Source: Bacteroidota bacterium (lineage in GTDB: Bacteria; Bacteroidota; Ignavibacteria; UBA10030; UBA8401). From it: 64,000 nt of DNA. Of this stretch, positions 55,680 to 64,000 are shown in pieces. The stretch is taken from assembly GCA_013361065.1 (NCBI GenBank), contig JABWAK010000002.1, forward strand, positions 2,273 to 66,272. The letters are read 5' to 3'. Below the pieces are notes generated by a model that was not told where the DNA came from, searched no databases, and saw only the letters and a list, made by a program, of their open reading frames with translations. A program made the position numbers and the translations under genes. Each line of letters opens with the position of its first letter. The first letter of the stretch is position 1.

Positions 55680-56723
55680 TCATTGGTCTTGGGCCTGCAG
55701 CGCTTTCCGGATGACGGGAGCGACCTGTGTTCCGAACAATTCGATGCATTTCATCATCTTGTCGTGCGGCATCGTGCCGACACTGAACTGGATGAGGAAC
55801 CGGTCATGCCGGAACAGTTCATACTCGTACAGGATCTTATCGATGATCTGCTGCGGACTGCCGACGAAGAGTGCGCCGTGCGGGGAACATTCGGCGTCGT
55901 ACCGTGCGCGTGACGGCGGCGGCCAGTTCCTCTCCCTGCCGATCCTTCCCATCACCTCCGCATACGGAGGGTAATAGAGGTCCCGCGCTGCCTGCGCGTC
56001 CTCCGCAATGAAGCCGTGTGAGTTGATGCTCAGTTTGAGTCCCTTCGGATCGCGGTTGATGTTCTTCCAGGTGCTGCGGTACAGTTCCGCGAACGGTTCG
56101 AACCGGTCCGGCGTGCCGCCGATGATGGCGATCGCCATCGGCAGACCGAGCACCGCTGCGCGCACCACCGACTCCGGCGTCCCACCTACCGCCACCCAGA
56201 TCGGCATCTCCGGCTGCACGGAACGGGGATAGATCCCCAGATCGTCGATGGCCGGACGGTGCCGTCCACTCCATGTCAGCTGTTCCGTCTTCTGGATCTT
56301 CATCAGCATCTCCAGCTTCTCCTGGAAGAGCGAATCATACTTCTGCAGGTCGTAGCCGAACAGCGGGAACGATTCGATGAACGAACCCCGCCCCGCCATG
56401 ATCTCCGCCCGTCCGTTGGAGAGCAGGTCGACCGTTGCGAAGTCCTGATAGACGCGGACCGGGTCGTCGCTGCTGATCACCGTCACCGCGCTGCTCAAAC
56501 GGATGTTCTTCGTGACCGCCGCCGCAGCTGCCAGCACGACCGCCGGGGAGGAGACGAGGTATTCCGGACGGTGATGCTCGCCGAGGGCGAAGACATCCAG
56601 TCCGAGCTGGTCCGCCAGCGTGATCTCCTCCATCAGGTTCCTCATCCGCTCGGCGGGCGGCATGAGCGGTTTGTTGTTCGCATCGACGGGGATCTCCACA
56701 AAGGAGTAGATTCCTAGTTCCAC
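55680..56723 (-). CDS. Luciferase-like (LLM class) flavin-dependent oxidoreductase
   Basis: GLDVF..GEHHR, IRLSSAVTV.SSDDPVRV, GRAEIMAGRGSFIESFPLFG and WVAVGGTP.S. GTG start behind GAAGGA. Confidence 0.93.
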   Translation of the reverse strand: MELGIYSFVEIPVDANNKPLMPPAERMRNLMEEITLADQLGLDVFALGEHHRPEYLVSSPAVVLAAAAAVTKNIRLSSAVTVISSDDPVRVYQDFATVDLLSNGRAEIMAGRGSFIESFPLFGYDLQKYDSLFQEKLEMLMKIQKTEQLTWSGRHRPAIDDLGIYPRSVQPEMPIWVAVGGTPESVVRAAVLGLPMAIAIIGGTPDRFEPFAELYRSTWKNINRDPKGLKLSINSHGFIAEDAQAARDLYYPPYAEVMGRIGRERNWPPPSRARYDAECSPHGALFVGSPQQIIDKILYEYELFRHDRFLIQFSVGTMPHDKMMKCIELFGTQVAPVIRKALQAQDQ

Positions 56724-56758
56724 GGTACTGTTCCTTCTTTGAATGAGATGCAAGATAC

Positions 56759-56791
56759 AAAAAAAAGTCCGCACCCGTAACGGCTGCGGAC
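56759..56791 (-). terminator. Rho-independent terminator after the MATE gene
   Basis: Minus strand GTCCGCAGCCG-TTA-CGGGTGCGGAC followed by T8. Confidence 0.8.
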
Positions 56792-56815
56792 CGGAGGATG
56801 TTCATCACGCTCTTG

Positions 56816-58243
56816 TCAGACCTTCACGGTCTTCCACTTCCCTCTTGTGAAGAGCCACAGGGTGAAGATGCCGACCGATGTTTCGGAGGCGAAGATCGCC
56901 CAGAAGACCCCGTGATATCCCAGTCCCAGCACCTTCGCCATCACATAGGAGAGCGGGATCTGGATGAGCCAGAAGAAGACGAGATTGATCTTGGTCGGCG
57001 TCACGGTATCGCCCGAACCGTTGAACGCCTGCGTGGCGACCATCCACCAGCCGTAGACGAAGTACGAGTACGAGACGATCGTCAGCCAGAGTGAACCGAC
57101 CGCGATCACCTCCGCATCCTCCGTGAAGAAACCGACCAGCACACCGGCGTACATGTTGTAGAGGATGGAGACCACGATCAGGAACGCCATGTTCCAGACG
57201 CCGGTCACCCAGACCGACCGTTCCGCGCGGTCCGGCTTCCCTGCACCGAGATTCTGTCCGACGAGCGTCGCCACGGCGTTGGACATGCCCCAAGCCGGCA
57301 TGAGCGTGAACATCATGATGCGCATGGCGATGGTGGCGCCGGCGACCACGGTGCTGCCGAACTCCGCCAGGATGCGCATCACGAAGATCCACGAGAGCAT
57401 CGCCACGATCATCTGTCCGATGCCACCGAGCGACGTGCGGACGATGGTCACGAGCGTCTCCCACTGCACCTGCATCTGTTCGCGGAGCACGCGGATATGG
57501 TTGCTCCCGCGGAACAGCATCCAGAACTGGAGGATGACGCCGATTCCGCGCCCCGTGAGCGTGGCGATGGCGGCCCCTTCGATGCCCATGGCCGGGACCG
57601 GTCCCCAGCCGAAGATGAGGAGCGGATCGAGGAGCATGTTGAGTCCGTTGGCGATCCAGAGCACCCGCATGGCGATGGCGGCATCGCCGGCACCGCGGAA
57701 GATGGCGTTGTTGATGAAGAGCAGCAGCACCACCACATTGGCGCCGAGCGTCCACTGCATATAGCGGTAGCCGTGCTCCAGCGTCCACTCGTCCGCACCC
57801 ATCAGCGCGAGCAGTTCGCGGGAATAGAAGATGCCGGCAACCGCGAACGGCACGGAGACCGCCAGAGCGAGCAGTACCGCCTGCACCGCGGCGACCCCCG
57901 CCTTCTCCCGTTCCTTCTCCCCGATCCTCCTCGCGATGACGGCGGTGACCGCCGTGGCGAGTCCCATACCGATGGAATAGAGCAGGAACAGATAGGTCTC
58001 GGTCAATCCGACCGTGGCGACGGCGGATGGACCGAGCGCGCCGACGAAATAGATATCGACCACGGCGAAGGTCGACTCCATCATCAGCTCCAGGATCATC
58101 GGGATGGCGAGCAGGAAGACCGCCCGGCCCATGCTGATCTGTGTATAGTCCGCCTCCGTGCCGCGGATGGCGTCCTTCAGGTCACCCCAGAGTGAGCGGC
58201 GAAGTGCCGGTGTGTTTGCTGCTGTCGTTGTTCCTTCTTCCAT
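56816..58243 (-). CDS. MATE-family efflux transporter
   Basis: LAIPM, VDIYFVG.LG, RGAGD, NMLLDPLLIFG.G..PAMGIEGAAIAT, VGQNLGA and FNGSGDT. Confidence 0.93.
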   Translation of the reverse strand: MEEGTTTAANTPALRRSLWGDLKDAIRGTEADYTQISMGRAVFLLAIPMILELMMESTFAVVDIYFVGALGPSAVATVGLTETYLFLLYSIGMGLATAVTAVIARRIGEKEREKAGVAAVQAVLLALAVSVPFAVAGIFYSRELLALMGADEWTLEHGYRYMQWTLGANVVVLLLFINNAIFRGAGDAAIAMRVLWIANGLNMLLDPLLIFGWGPVPAMGIEGAAIATLTGRGIGVILQFWMLFRGSNHIRVLREQMQVQWETLVTIVRTSLGGIGQMIVAMLSWIFVMRILAEFGSTVVAGATIAMRIMMFTLMPAWGMSNAVATLVGQNLGAGKPDRAERSVWVTGVWNMAFLIVVSILYNMYAGVLVGFFTEDAEVIAVGSLWLTIVSYSYFVYGWWMVATQAFNGSGDTVTPTKINLVFFWLIQIPLSYVMAKVLGLGYHGVFWAIFASETSVGIFTLWLFTRGKWKTVKV

Positions 58244-58304
58244 TCGATCCTTCTTCTCTTCTGTTCGTATACTTCCTGGTGAGCGTTGTATAAAACCTTG
58301 TCAT

Positions 58305-58774
58305 GTGATGTTGTAACAATATGCCGGCGTAAACGCCGGCTTACCCAACCTGTAGCCGGGATGGTTCATCCCGGTCAAATAAAAACTTGCGAAGTTTGTT
58401 CTGCATACCTCGTTCAACCTTTCGCAAGGTTTTCTTCGGGCGGTGTTGTTATTCCTTCTGCGTTATTCAGCGGATTCAGCGGGATATTCTTTCGTTCTTT
58501 GCTTCGCCGGAAAAGGACCGACTCTGGAGAGTCGGTCAACGTACATTCAGCCATCCCCGATCGGCTTTCGATGTTGTAACAATGTGCCGGCGTGAACGCC
58601 GGTCTGCCGAATACTGATCGTTGCTGGTGTTTCCATTTCTTTCTGCGTTGTTCTGCGGATTCAGCGGGATATTCTTTCGTTATTTGCTTCACTGAAACAG
58701 GACCGACTCTGGAGAGTCGGTCAACATATGTTCACCCATCCCTTATCGGCTTTCGATGTTGTAACAATGTGCCG
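58305..58774. repeat. Repeat mosaic: two 134-bp direct repeats (58456-58589 and 58641-58774), a partial third copy and several hairpins
   Basis: Each copy carries GACCGACTCT-GG-AGAGTCGGTC and ends GATGTTGTAACAATGTGCCG. GCCGGCGT-AA-ACGCCGGC is at 58323 and GTAG-CCGGGATG-GTT-CATCCCGG at 58352. Confidence 0.9.
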
Positions 58775-58808
58775 ATCGTGGTCCACAAGTCGCAGACCCT
58801 TCTTACAA

Positions 58809-59240
58809 CTACAGCGATGTAAGCATGGCCTCCAGCCGGTCCAGATTCTCGCTGTTCGCACGGATGATGAACTCCTTCATCCGTTCGTACTCATCCGCTT
58901 CCTCGAACACCATGCTCCAGCGAAGCAGCGTCTGTTCGCCGCGCGGCAGGAATTCGAACGAGGCGCGGAAGCGGTGTCCGGAGAGATGGTCGAAGACGAT
59001 CCGCTCGTCCGGGACGACCTCTGCAAAGCGGCTCTCATTGCGGTAATCGGTACCGTCCGGTCCGCTCATGATGAACCTCCAGTACCCTCCGGGACGCAGA
59101 TCGAACTCGCTGAACAGGTTCCGGAATCCGGCCGGTCCCCACCAGCGGGCAAGCTGGTCCGGATCGCTCCACGCCGTATAGAGGCGGTGGACCGGGACGG
59201 GGAACGTGCGTTCGGTGAGGATCTCCCGTTCCTGCATCAT
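58809..59240 (-). CDS. SRPBCC/AHSA1-domain protein
   Basis: AWSDP..LARWWGPAGF, FDLRPGG.WRF.M.GPDG and NLDRL. Confidence 0.88.
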   Translation of the reverse strand: MMQEREILTERTFPVPVHRLYTAWSDPDQLARWWGPAGFRNLFSEFDLRPGGYWRFIMSGPDGTDYRNESRFAEVVPDERIVFDHLSGHRFRASFEFLPRGEQTLLRWSMVFEEADEYERMKEFIIRANSENLDRLEAMLTSL

Positions 59241-59644
59241 CAACCGTTCTGAGCCGTGCGGAACGGCAGCAGTGCCCGGAGACGCGGTTCACGCAGATAG
59301 AGCGCTCCCCACATGAGCAGTGCGATGTAGACGGAGAAGAGCACGTGGGAGAAGAGCGGGTTCTCCAAACGGACATGCGTGGCAACGGCGCCGCCCAGAT
59401 AGCCGGTCATCAGGACCATCCCGAGAACCGATGTGCGGGGGATGAGATAGAGGACCAGACAGACCGCTTCGATCACGCCGAGCAGCTGCACGGTGCTGTC
59501 CGGATACCCGAGCTGCGTCGTTCCTTCCACCGCGTGCGATTCGCGGACGAGTTTGATGCCGGTATCGAACAGCATGAAGAGAACGGCAATGGCCCACATG
59601 ATACGTGAGGCCCAGAGAGCGCGGGCGGAGATCGGTTCGGTCAT
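59240..59644 (-). CDS. DoxX-family membrane protein
   Basis: QLGYP, LYLIPRTSVLG.VL.TGYLGGAVATHVR and LRE.RLRALLP. Confidence 0.88.
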   Translation of the reverse strand: MTEPISARALWASRIMWAIAVLFMLFDTGIKLVRESHAVEGTTQLGYPDSTVQLLGVIEAVCLVLYLIPRTSVLGMVLMTGYLGGAVATHVRLENPLFSHVLFSVYIALLMWGALYLREPRLRALLPFRTAQNG

Positions 59645-59665
59645 AGGTCTGTTCCTGTGGATCGT

Positions 59666-60451
59666 TCAGTGAGTGAAGAATTCCTTCAGTACTCCCGCCA
59701 ATACAGCGGGATCGACATTGTGCGTCTGTCCCTCCAGCCAGCGCAGTTCGGCATTCGGACCGGCTGCCGCAACGCCGCGGACGGCATTCTTGAGCGGTTC
59801 GGGACTCTTCCCGCCCCCGGCGATGAGGATCGTGTTGGTGATCCGTGCGAGGCGTTCCGTCGGGACGGTGAAGTTCCCCATCACTTCGGAATCGTACGGC
59901 AAGGTGTGCGCAATGGCTTTCAGTTTTTTGAACATCGGCATCATCTGCATGATGAATGCTACGATGGCAGGGACGCCGACCATCTGCACCATGAAATATT
60001 TCACGGCGGCGCCGCGCTTTTCCGATGATAACAGTCTGTTCAGGGCACCGGTGTGGTCGATGCGGGTCTTGTCACTGCCCGGTTCATACACGAACGGCGG
60101 TTCATACAAGGCGATCTTCGGCAGGTTCAGTCCTGCCTCCGCCGCGCGGAGCGCCAGGGCGGCGCCGGACGAGAGCCCGGCGATGAAAGCGGTGCCGCCG
60201 GCTGCGCGGACCAATGCGGCGATGTCCTGCACTTCCTTCTCCGGCGCATACGGCGGAACATCCGTACTGTCTCCGCGTCCCCGGCGGTCGTAATAATAGA
60301 CAGTGAAAGTCTCCGCCAGCAGCGGAGCGAGCTTCGGCATGGGACCGAAGGAACGGTAACAGAGGGCGCCGTCGACCAGGATCAGTGCCGGTCCGCTGCC
60401 GGTCTGTTCGTAGGCGATCACCGTGCCGTCGTGTGATGTAACAGTCTTCAT
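59666..60451 (-). CDS. Alpha/beta hydrolase
   Basis: DGTVIAY, YDRRGRGDS, GLSSG nucleophile motif, LYEPP and GQTH. Confidence 0.9.
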   Translation of the reverse strand: MKTVTSHDGTVIAYEQTGSGPALILVDGALCYRSFGPMPKLAPLLAETFTVYYYDRRGRGDSTDVPPYAPEKEVQDIAALVRAAGGTAFIAGLSSGAALALRAAEAGLNLPKIALYEPPFVYEPGSDKTRIDHTGALNRLLSSEKRGAAVKYFMVQMVGVPAIVAFIMQMMPMFKKLKAIAHTLPYDSEVMGNFTVPTERLARITNTILIAGGGKSPEPLKNAVRGVAAAGPNAELRWLEGQTHNVDPAVLAGVLKEFFTH

Positions 60452-60553
60452 GAGGAATGATCCTGTTGGTATTCGCGGCCATCCATCGGCTCCCCCATCA
60501 GACAGAACAGGGTCCGCTCGGGATGACGTGTGATTATTGAATCGATCAAAGTA

Positions 60554-60982
60554 CTATCGCAACGACTCGGCATAGGCCTTGAAATTGTTCAGGATGGTCT
60601 GCCATCCTTCCCGCTGCAGTTCCGGCGTATTCTCCGTTTCGCATTCGAAGGTCTGTGTGACGAGCGTGGTGTTGCCGTTGCCGGCGAACGTTGCTGTGGC
60701 GCGGCGGCCGTCCTCCATCGTATAGGCGATCATATGGTGGTGCAGCACGGCATCGTAGGTGCCGGTGAAATCGAAGCTGACGCTGCCGTCCTTCGCCGCC
60801 ATGCGGGAGAGGAATTTCCCGCCGGTACGGAGGTCGTTCTCCGCATACGGTGTGTGCCAATCCGGCGAACCGACGGCCCAGTGTGTGATGTGCTCCGGTC
60901 CGCTCCAGACGGTCCACGCTTTCTCCAGCGGGACGTTGACGGTGGTGTGGATCGTGACTGCTATTCTTTCAGATGCTGACAT
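60554..60982 (-). CDS. SRPBCC/AHSA1-domain protein
   Basis: PEHITHW..GSPDWH.P.AENDLR.GGKF..RM.AKDGS..FDF.G.Y and GWQ.IL.NFK.Y.E. AGGAG SD before ATG 60982. Confidence 0.88.
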   Translation of the reverse strand: MSASERIAVTIHTTVNVPLEKAWTVWSGPEHITHWAVGSPDWHTPYAENDLRTGGKFLSRMAAKDGSVSFDFTGTYDAVLHHHMIAYTMEDGRRATATFAGNGNTTLVTQTFECETENTPELQREGWQTILNNFKAYAESLR

Positions 60983-61034
60983 TGGATCGCTCCTGTTGAT
61001 GAGTGGATCGGGATGAATGGTGTTTCCCTGCCGG

Positions 61035-61487
61035 TCAATTCTCCGCAAGGGATTTGAGTTTGTTCAATGCTTCCGGCCACATGCCGTCGAACATCGTCAC
61101 GAATTCATCCGGGATATTCCCCTTCAGTTCGATGAGCAATTCCGTCATTCCCGCCTTCTCCCGGAAGGTATAATTCTCCAGCGCACCGGCCCATGCTTTT
61201 GCCTCTTCGCTGGTCGTGTCCTCTATTCCATTCCCTACGATACCGAGATGCTCGATGGAGATGAATTCATGATGTTTGTTTTCTTTAATGCGGCTGACCA
61301 TCCCGGAATCCCCGTGCTCTCCGGGCGCCAGGAAGAGGATCTTGCTTCCCTGCTTCCAGTCGCCGCTGTAATAACAGCCGGGTGCAAAGCCCTCTGTCCA
61401 CTGACGGTATGTCGCATCCTCGAGCATCGTTGACCACACCGTGGCAACCGGTGCATTGATGACGACCGAATAACGCATGTGATTCAT
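61035..61487 (-). CDS. SRPBCC-domain protein
   Basis: INAP...VW..ML...TY.QWT..F, GMVSRI, ISIEHLG and WP.AL..LK. Confidence 0.85.
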   Translation of the reverse strand: MNHMRYSVVINAPVATVWSTMLEDATYRQWTEGFAPGCYYSGDWKQGSKILFLAPGEHGDSGMVSRIKENKHHEFISIEHLGIVGNGIEDTTSEEAKAWAGALENYTFREKAGMTELLIELKGNIPDEFVTMFDGMWPEALNKLKSLAEN

Positions 61488-61548
61488 CCGTTCCTCCGTT
61501 CTGGTGTCGTGAATATTCAGTTGATCACATCGGATCCGGCCAAACCGG

Positions 61549-62130
61549 TCACATGACCGGCTGATACCGGAGAATGATACCGCCGGTCTTCAGCGGACGG
61601 GCTTCGAGCAGCTTCATCGTCAGCTGTTCCTGCCGTGGTTTGAACAGCGGTGTTCCGGCGCCGAGCACAACAGGTGCGAGACAGATCCGGTATTCGTCGA
61701 TCAGACCGTGCTGCATCAGCGTTGCAGAGAGATCGGCGCTGCCGAAGACGAACAGGTCCTTCTCTGACCGCCGTTTGATGGAAGCGATCTCCTGTTCGAT
61801 ATCCCCGCTGACGATCGTCGTATTGGCCCAATCGACCTGCTTCAGCGTCCTGGAACAGACGATCTTCGGCAGCGAGTTCATGAAATCGGCGATCTCGCCG
61901 GTCTCCTTCTTCCAATACGCCGCCATCCCCTCGTAGGTCACCCGTCCGAACACGAGGGCGCTGCACGACTGCAATTGCTCCGTGGAGAACCGTTCGAGTT
62001 CCTCACCCCAGACACTGTTGTGAAAGTCGATCTCCCACTTGTTCTTCGCTTCAAAGAAGCCGTCCAGTGTCATCACATTCCAAAAAATAAGCCTGCCGCC
62101 CGCGGAGGGCGTGCGCTGTTCATTTTTCAT
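61549..62130 (-). CDS. Dihydrofolate reductase / RibD C-terminal family protein
   Basis: MTLDGF, FGRVTYE, KIVCSRTL, FGSADL and LIDEY...APVVLG.G.PLF. Confidence 0.9.
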   Translation of the reverse strand: MKNEQRTPSAGGRLIFWNVMTLDGFFEAKNKWEIDFHNSVWGEELERFSTEQLQSCSALVFGRVTYEGMAAYWKKETGEIADFMNSLPKIVCSRTLKQVDWANTTIVSGDIEQEIASIKRRSEKDLFVFGSADLSATLMQHGLIDEYRICLAPVVLGAGTPLFKPRQEQLTMKLLEARPLKTGGIILRYQPVM

Positions 62131-62204
62131 TCTCCGATCTCCTGTCTATTGTCTCATTCGAACACCGTGTTGTGCAACGGCTCCCGAATTGACCGCTTAT
62201 GCCG

Positions 62205-62609
62205 TCACCGTTTGTTCTGTGAGGACATTGAATACTTCTCCTCCTGGAACAAGGCGTTCACCTGCTCATTCGCCGGACGGATCTCCCATGTGCTCCCCAT
62301 ATGCGAGGAGGGGTGTCTGGACATGAGCTGGATGGCGTGGTTCAGATCGCGCGCTTCCAGGATCATGATGCCGCCGAGCTGTTCCTTCGTCTCGGCATAC
62401 GGTCCGTCGGTGACGATCGGTCCGCCGGCGGACGGACGAATGGTCGCCGCGGTCCGCGGTCCCTGCAATGCTTCGCCGCCGGTGAAGTGACCGTTCTTCC
62501 TCAGTTCCGCATCGTACGCGAAACAGTCCTCCATGAACTGCTTCTGTTGTTCGGCGCTCTTGCCGGTCCATGCATCATCATTATGATAGCCAAGGCATAT
62601 ATATCTCAT
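62205..62609 (-). CDS. YciI/DGPF-family protein
   Basis: GEALQ...A.T.R...[15 protein letters not shown]...EIRP. Confidence 0.9.
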   Translation of the reverse strand: MRYICLGYHNDDAWTGKSAEQQKQFMEDCFAYDAELRKNGHFTGGEALQGPRTAATIRPSAGGPIVTDGPYAETKEQLGGIMILEARDLNHAIQLMSRHPSSHMGSTWEIRPANEQVNALFQEEKYSMSSQNKR

Positions 62610-62634
62610 CGTTTTGTCTCTTTCTATGATCGGT

Positions 62635-63069
62635 TCATTGATGTTTGCGGACCGCATCTTCCACGATGCGGTTCTTTGCTGCGTTTGCCGCTTCCTCCGG
62701 CCAGTCGGTCATCTCGAACACCTGCCGGATCTCCACGGTATCCCCTTCCGCTGCCGGGATGCGCTTGGCCCATTCGATCGCCTCTTCCTTCGAGGGGAAC
62801 TGCACCATCCAATATCCGCCAAGCACCTCTTTGGATTCGATGAACGGTCCGTCCGTCACGGTTGGCGTTCCGCCGGAGTACGAAACGCGCGCCCCTTTCT
62901 CGATGGGATGCAGTCCGTCCAACGAAATGAGATGTCCCGCTTTTGCAAGCGCCTCATTGTACTTCATCATCTGTTCCACGGCATCGGCAGGCGGTGTGAA
63001 ATCACCTGCGACCCGTTTCTCTTTCCCTCCCTGGTAGACACCGGGGATCATGATCATCATGAATCTCAT
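62635..63069 (-). CDS. YciI/DGPF-family protein
   Basis: YNEALAKAG...GLHP...[17 protein letters not shown]...EIRQVFE. Confidence 0.9.
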   Translation of the reverse strand: MRFMMIMIPGVYQGGKEKRVAGDFTPPADAVEQMMKYNEALAKAGHLISLDGLHPIEKGARVSYSGGTPTVTDGPFIESKEVLGGYWMVQFPSKEEAIEWAKRIPAAEGDTVEIRQVFEMTDWPEEAANAAKNRIVEDAVRKHQ

Positions 63070-63126
63070 GGACTTCCTTTTGTCTGTTGTTCGATGGGTT
63101 CTGATATACTGCGGACGCGCTCTCGG

Positions 63127-63549
63127 TTACTTCTTCTCCATCTGCTGACGCATCTTCTCTTCTTTTTCCCGCAGTTCCGGTGTGAATGCGTCGCCGAAAT
63201 CCTCCGCTTCGAACACCTGGCGGATCTCCAGTTCGGATTCGGTTCCCATCGGGTTCGGACACTTCTTCGCCCATGCGACCGCTTCGTCCATATCCTTACA
63301 CTTCCAGATCCAGAATCCTGCGATCAGTTCCTTCGTTTCGGAGAACGGACCGTCGGTGACGGTGCGTGCGGCACCGGAGAACTTCACGCGCTTCCCGCGG
63401 ATGCTGGGATGCAGCCCCTCGCCCGCCTGCATGATACCTGCCGCGACCAGCTCTTCATTGTACCGGGTCATCTCAATGAGCAATTGTTCACCCGGCATCA
63501 CCCCTGCTTCGGAATCCTTATCCGCTTTGACGATCACCATGAATTTCAT
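63127..63549 (-). CDS. YciI/DGPF-family protein
   Basis: YNEELVAAG...GEGLHPS..G.RV...VTDGPFSETKELIAGFW...EIRQVFE. Confidence 0.92.
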   Translation of the reverse strand: MKFMVIVKADKDSEAGVMPGEQLLIEMTRYNEELVAAGIMQAGEGLHPSIRGKRVKFSGAARTVTDGPFSETKELIAGFWIWKCKDMDEAVAWAKKCPNPMGTESELEIRQVFEAEDFGDAFTPELREKEEKMRQQMEKK

Positions 63550-63595
63550 TGTTGTTCCTCCGTATTGTGAGTAAAGAATTTCCCCTTCACTCTAT

Positions 63596-63623
63596 AGTCG
63601 AACGGCCGTACGGAAAATCGACA
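63596..63623 (-). promoter_or_regulatory. ECF42-type promoter upstream of the YciI operon
   Basis: TGTCGA-17 nt-CGACT matches the TGTCGA / CG(A/T)C consensus known for ECF42 sigma factors. Confidence 0.75.
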
Positions 63624-63701
63624 TCGTTGTCCGAATTTTATTCAGAATTTATTCTGCAAATATCGCCAAAAAACGCTGTTTTTCGTTGAAACGAAACACT
63701 G

Positions 63702-64000
63702 TTACCGTAATTTTTCGATCTGACCTTCCAGGAATCGCCGTTCCGGTTCCTGTTGGGCCAGCGAAAGGGCCCGGGTAAAGGAAGTCCGCGCATCGTCCTT
63801 CCGGCCGAGCCGCCGGCAGAGTTCACCGCGGGCGGAATGCGCGAACAGATAGTTAGTCAGTTCGCCCCGCTGCAGGATCGCATCGATGAGCGTCACGCCG
63901 GCTTCGGCACCATCCCGCATGGCAACGGCAACGGCGCGGTTCAATTCCACGACCGGCGATGCATCCATCCGCAGGAGGATGTCATAGAGACCGACGATCT
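63702..64000 (-). CDS. 3' end of an ECF42-type sigma factor (TPR-like C-terminal extension); runs off the window edge
   Basis: IVGLYDIL...SPVVELNRAVAVAM.DG...HSARGEL.RRLGR...AL.LA.QEPERRFL, adjacent to DGPF genes. Confidence 0.85.
   Translation of the reverse strand, partial: IVGLYDILLRMDASPVVELNRAVAVAMRDGAEAGVTLIDAILQRGELTNYLFAHSARGELCRRLGRKDDARTSFTRALSLAQQEPERRFLEGQIEKLR

Noticed and set aside
58305..58774. Possible mini-CRISPR with the repeat GATGTTGTAACAAT
   Set aside because: The intervening sequences are long (over 150 bp), unequal and largely duplicates of each other.

Overview
A mostly GC-rich window (about 60% GC by eye) from an FCB-group bacterium. Two proteins end in a PNPFNP-type T9SS sorting domain and the TPR–DUF4292–EnvC trio is present, so an Ignavibacteria-like Bacteroidota lineage is inferred. 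About 60 genes are supported: glycosyltransferases, transporters, two tandem NucA-type secreted nucleases, signalling proteins, and an ECF42-type sigma factor next to a YciI(DGPF)/SRPBCC operon. Four accessory inserts stand out: (i) a scar at 1-650 made of a lipoprotein 5' stub, an IS3 remnant and an N6-methyltransferase fragment; (ii) a HigBA-type toxin-antitoxin pair; (iii) an AT-rich EcoRV-like type II restriction-modification pair wedged between moxR and a TPR gene; (iv) an AT-rich, integrase-less array of three integron-like cassettes at 31.8-34.6 kb with decayed attC sites. The last cassette encodes an RNase HI with an unexplained C-terminal domain of about 115 aa, which is the best candidate here for an undescribed (possibly anti-phage) function. 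Other observations: an NlpE(CxxC)–GH88 fusion, modular intergenic repeat mosaics (REP-like hairpins plus 9-bp-period triplets), a 5 x 80-bp tandem array, a MerR/TipA promoter with a probable internal TipAS start, and repeated signs of leaderless mRNAs. No rRNA, tRNA or CRISPR array was recognised. All family assignments come from motif recognition by eye, not database searches.
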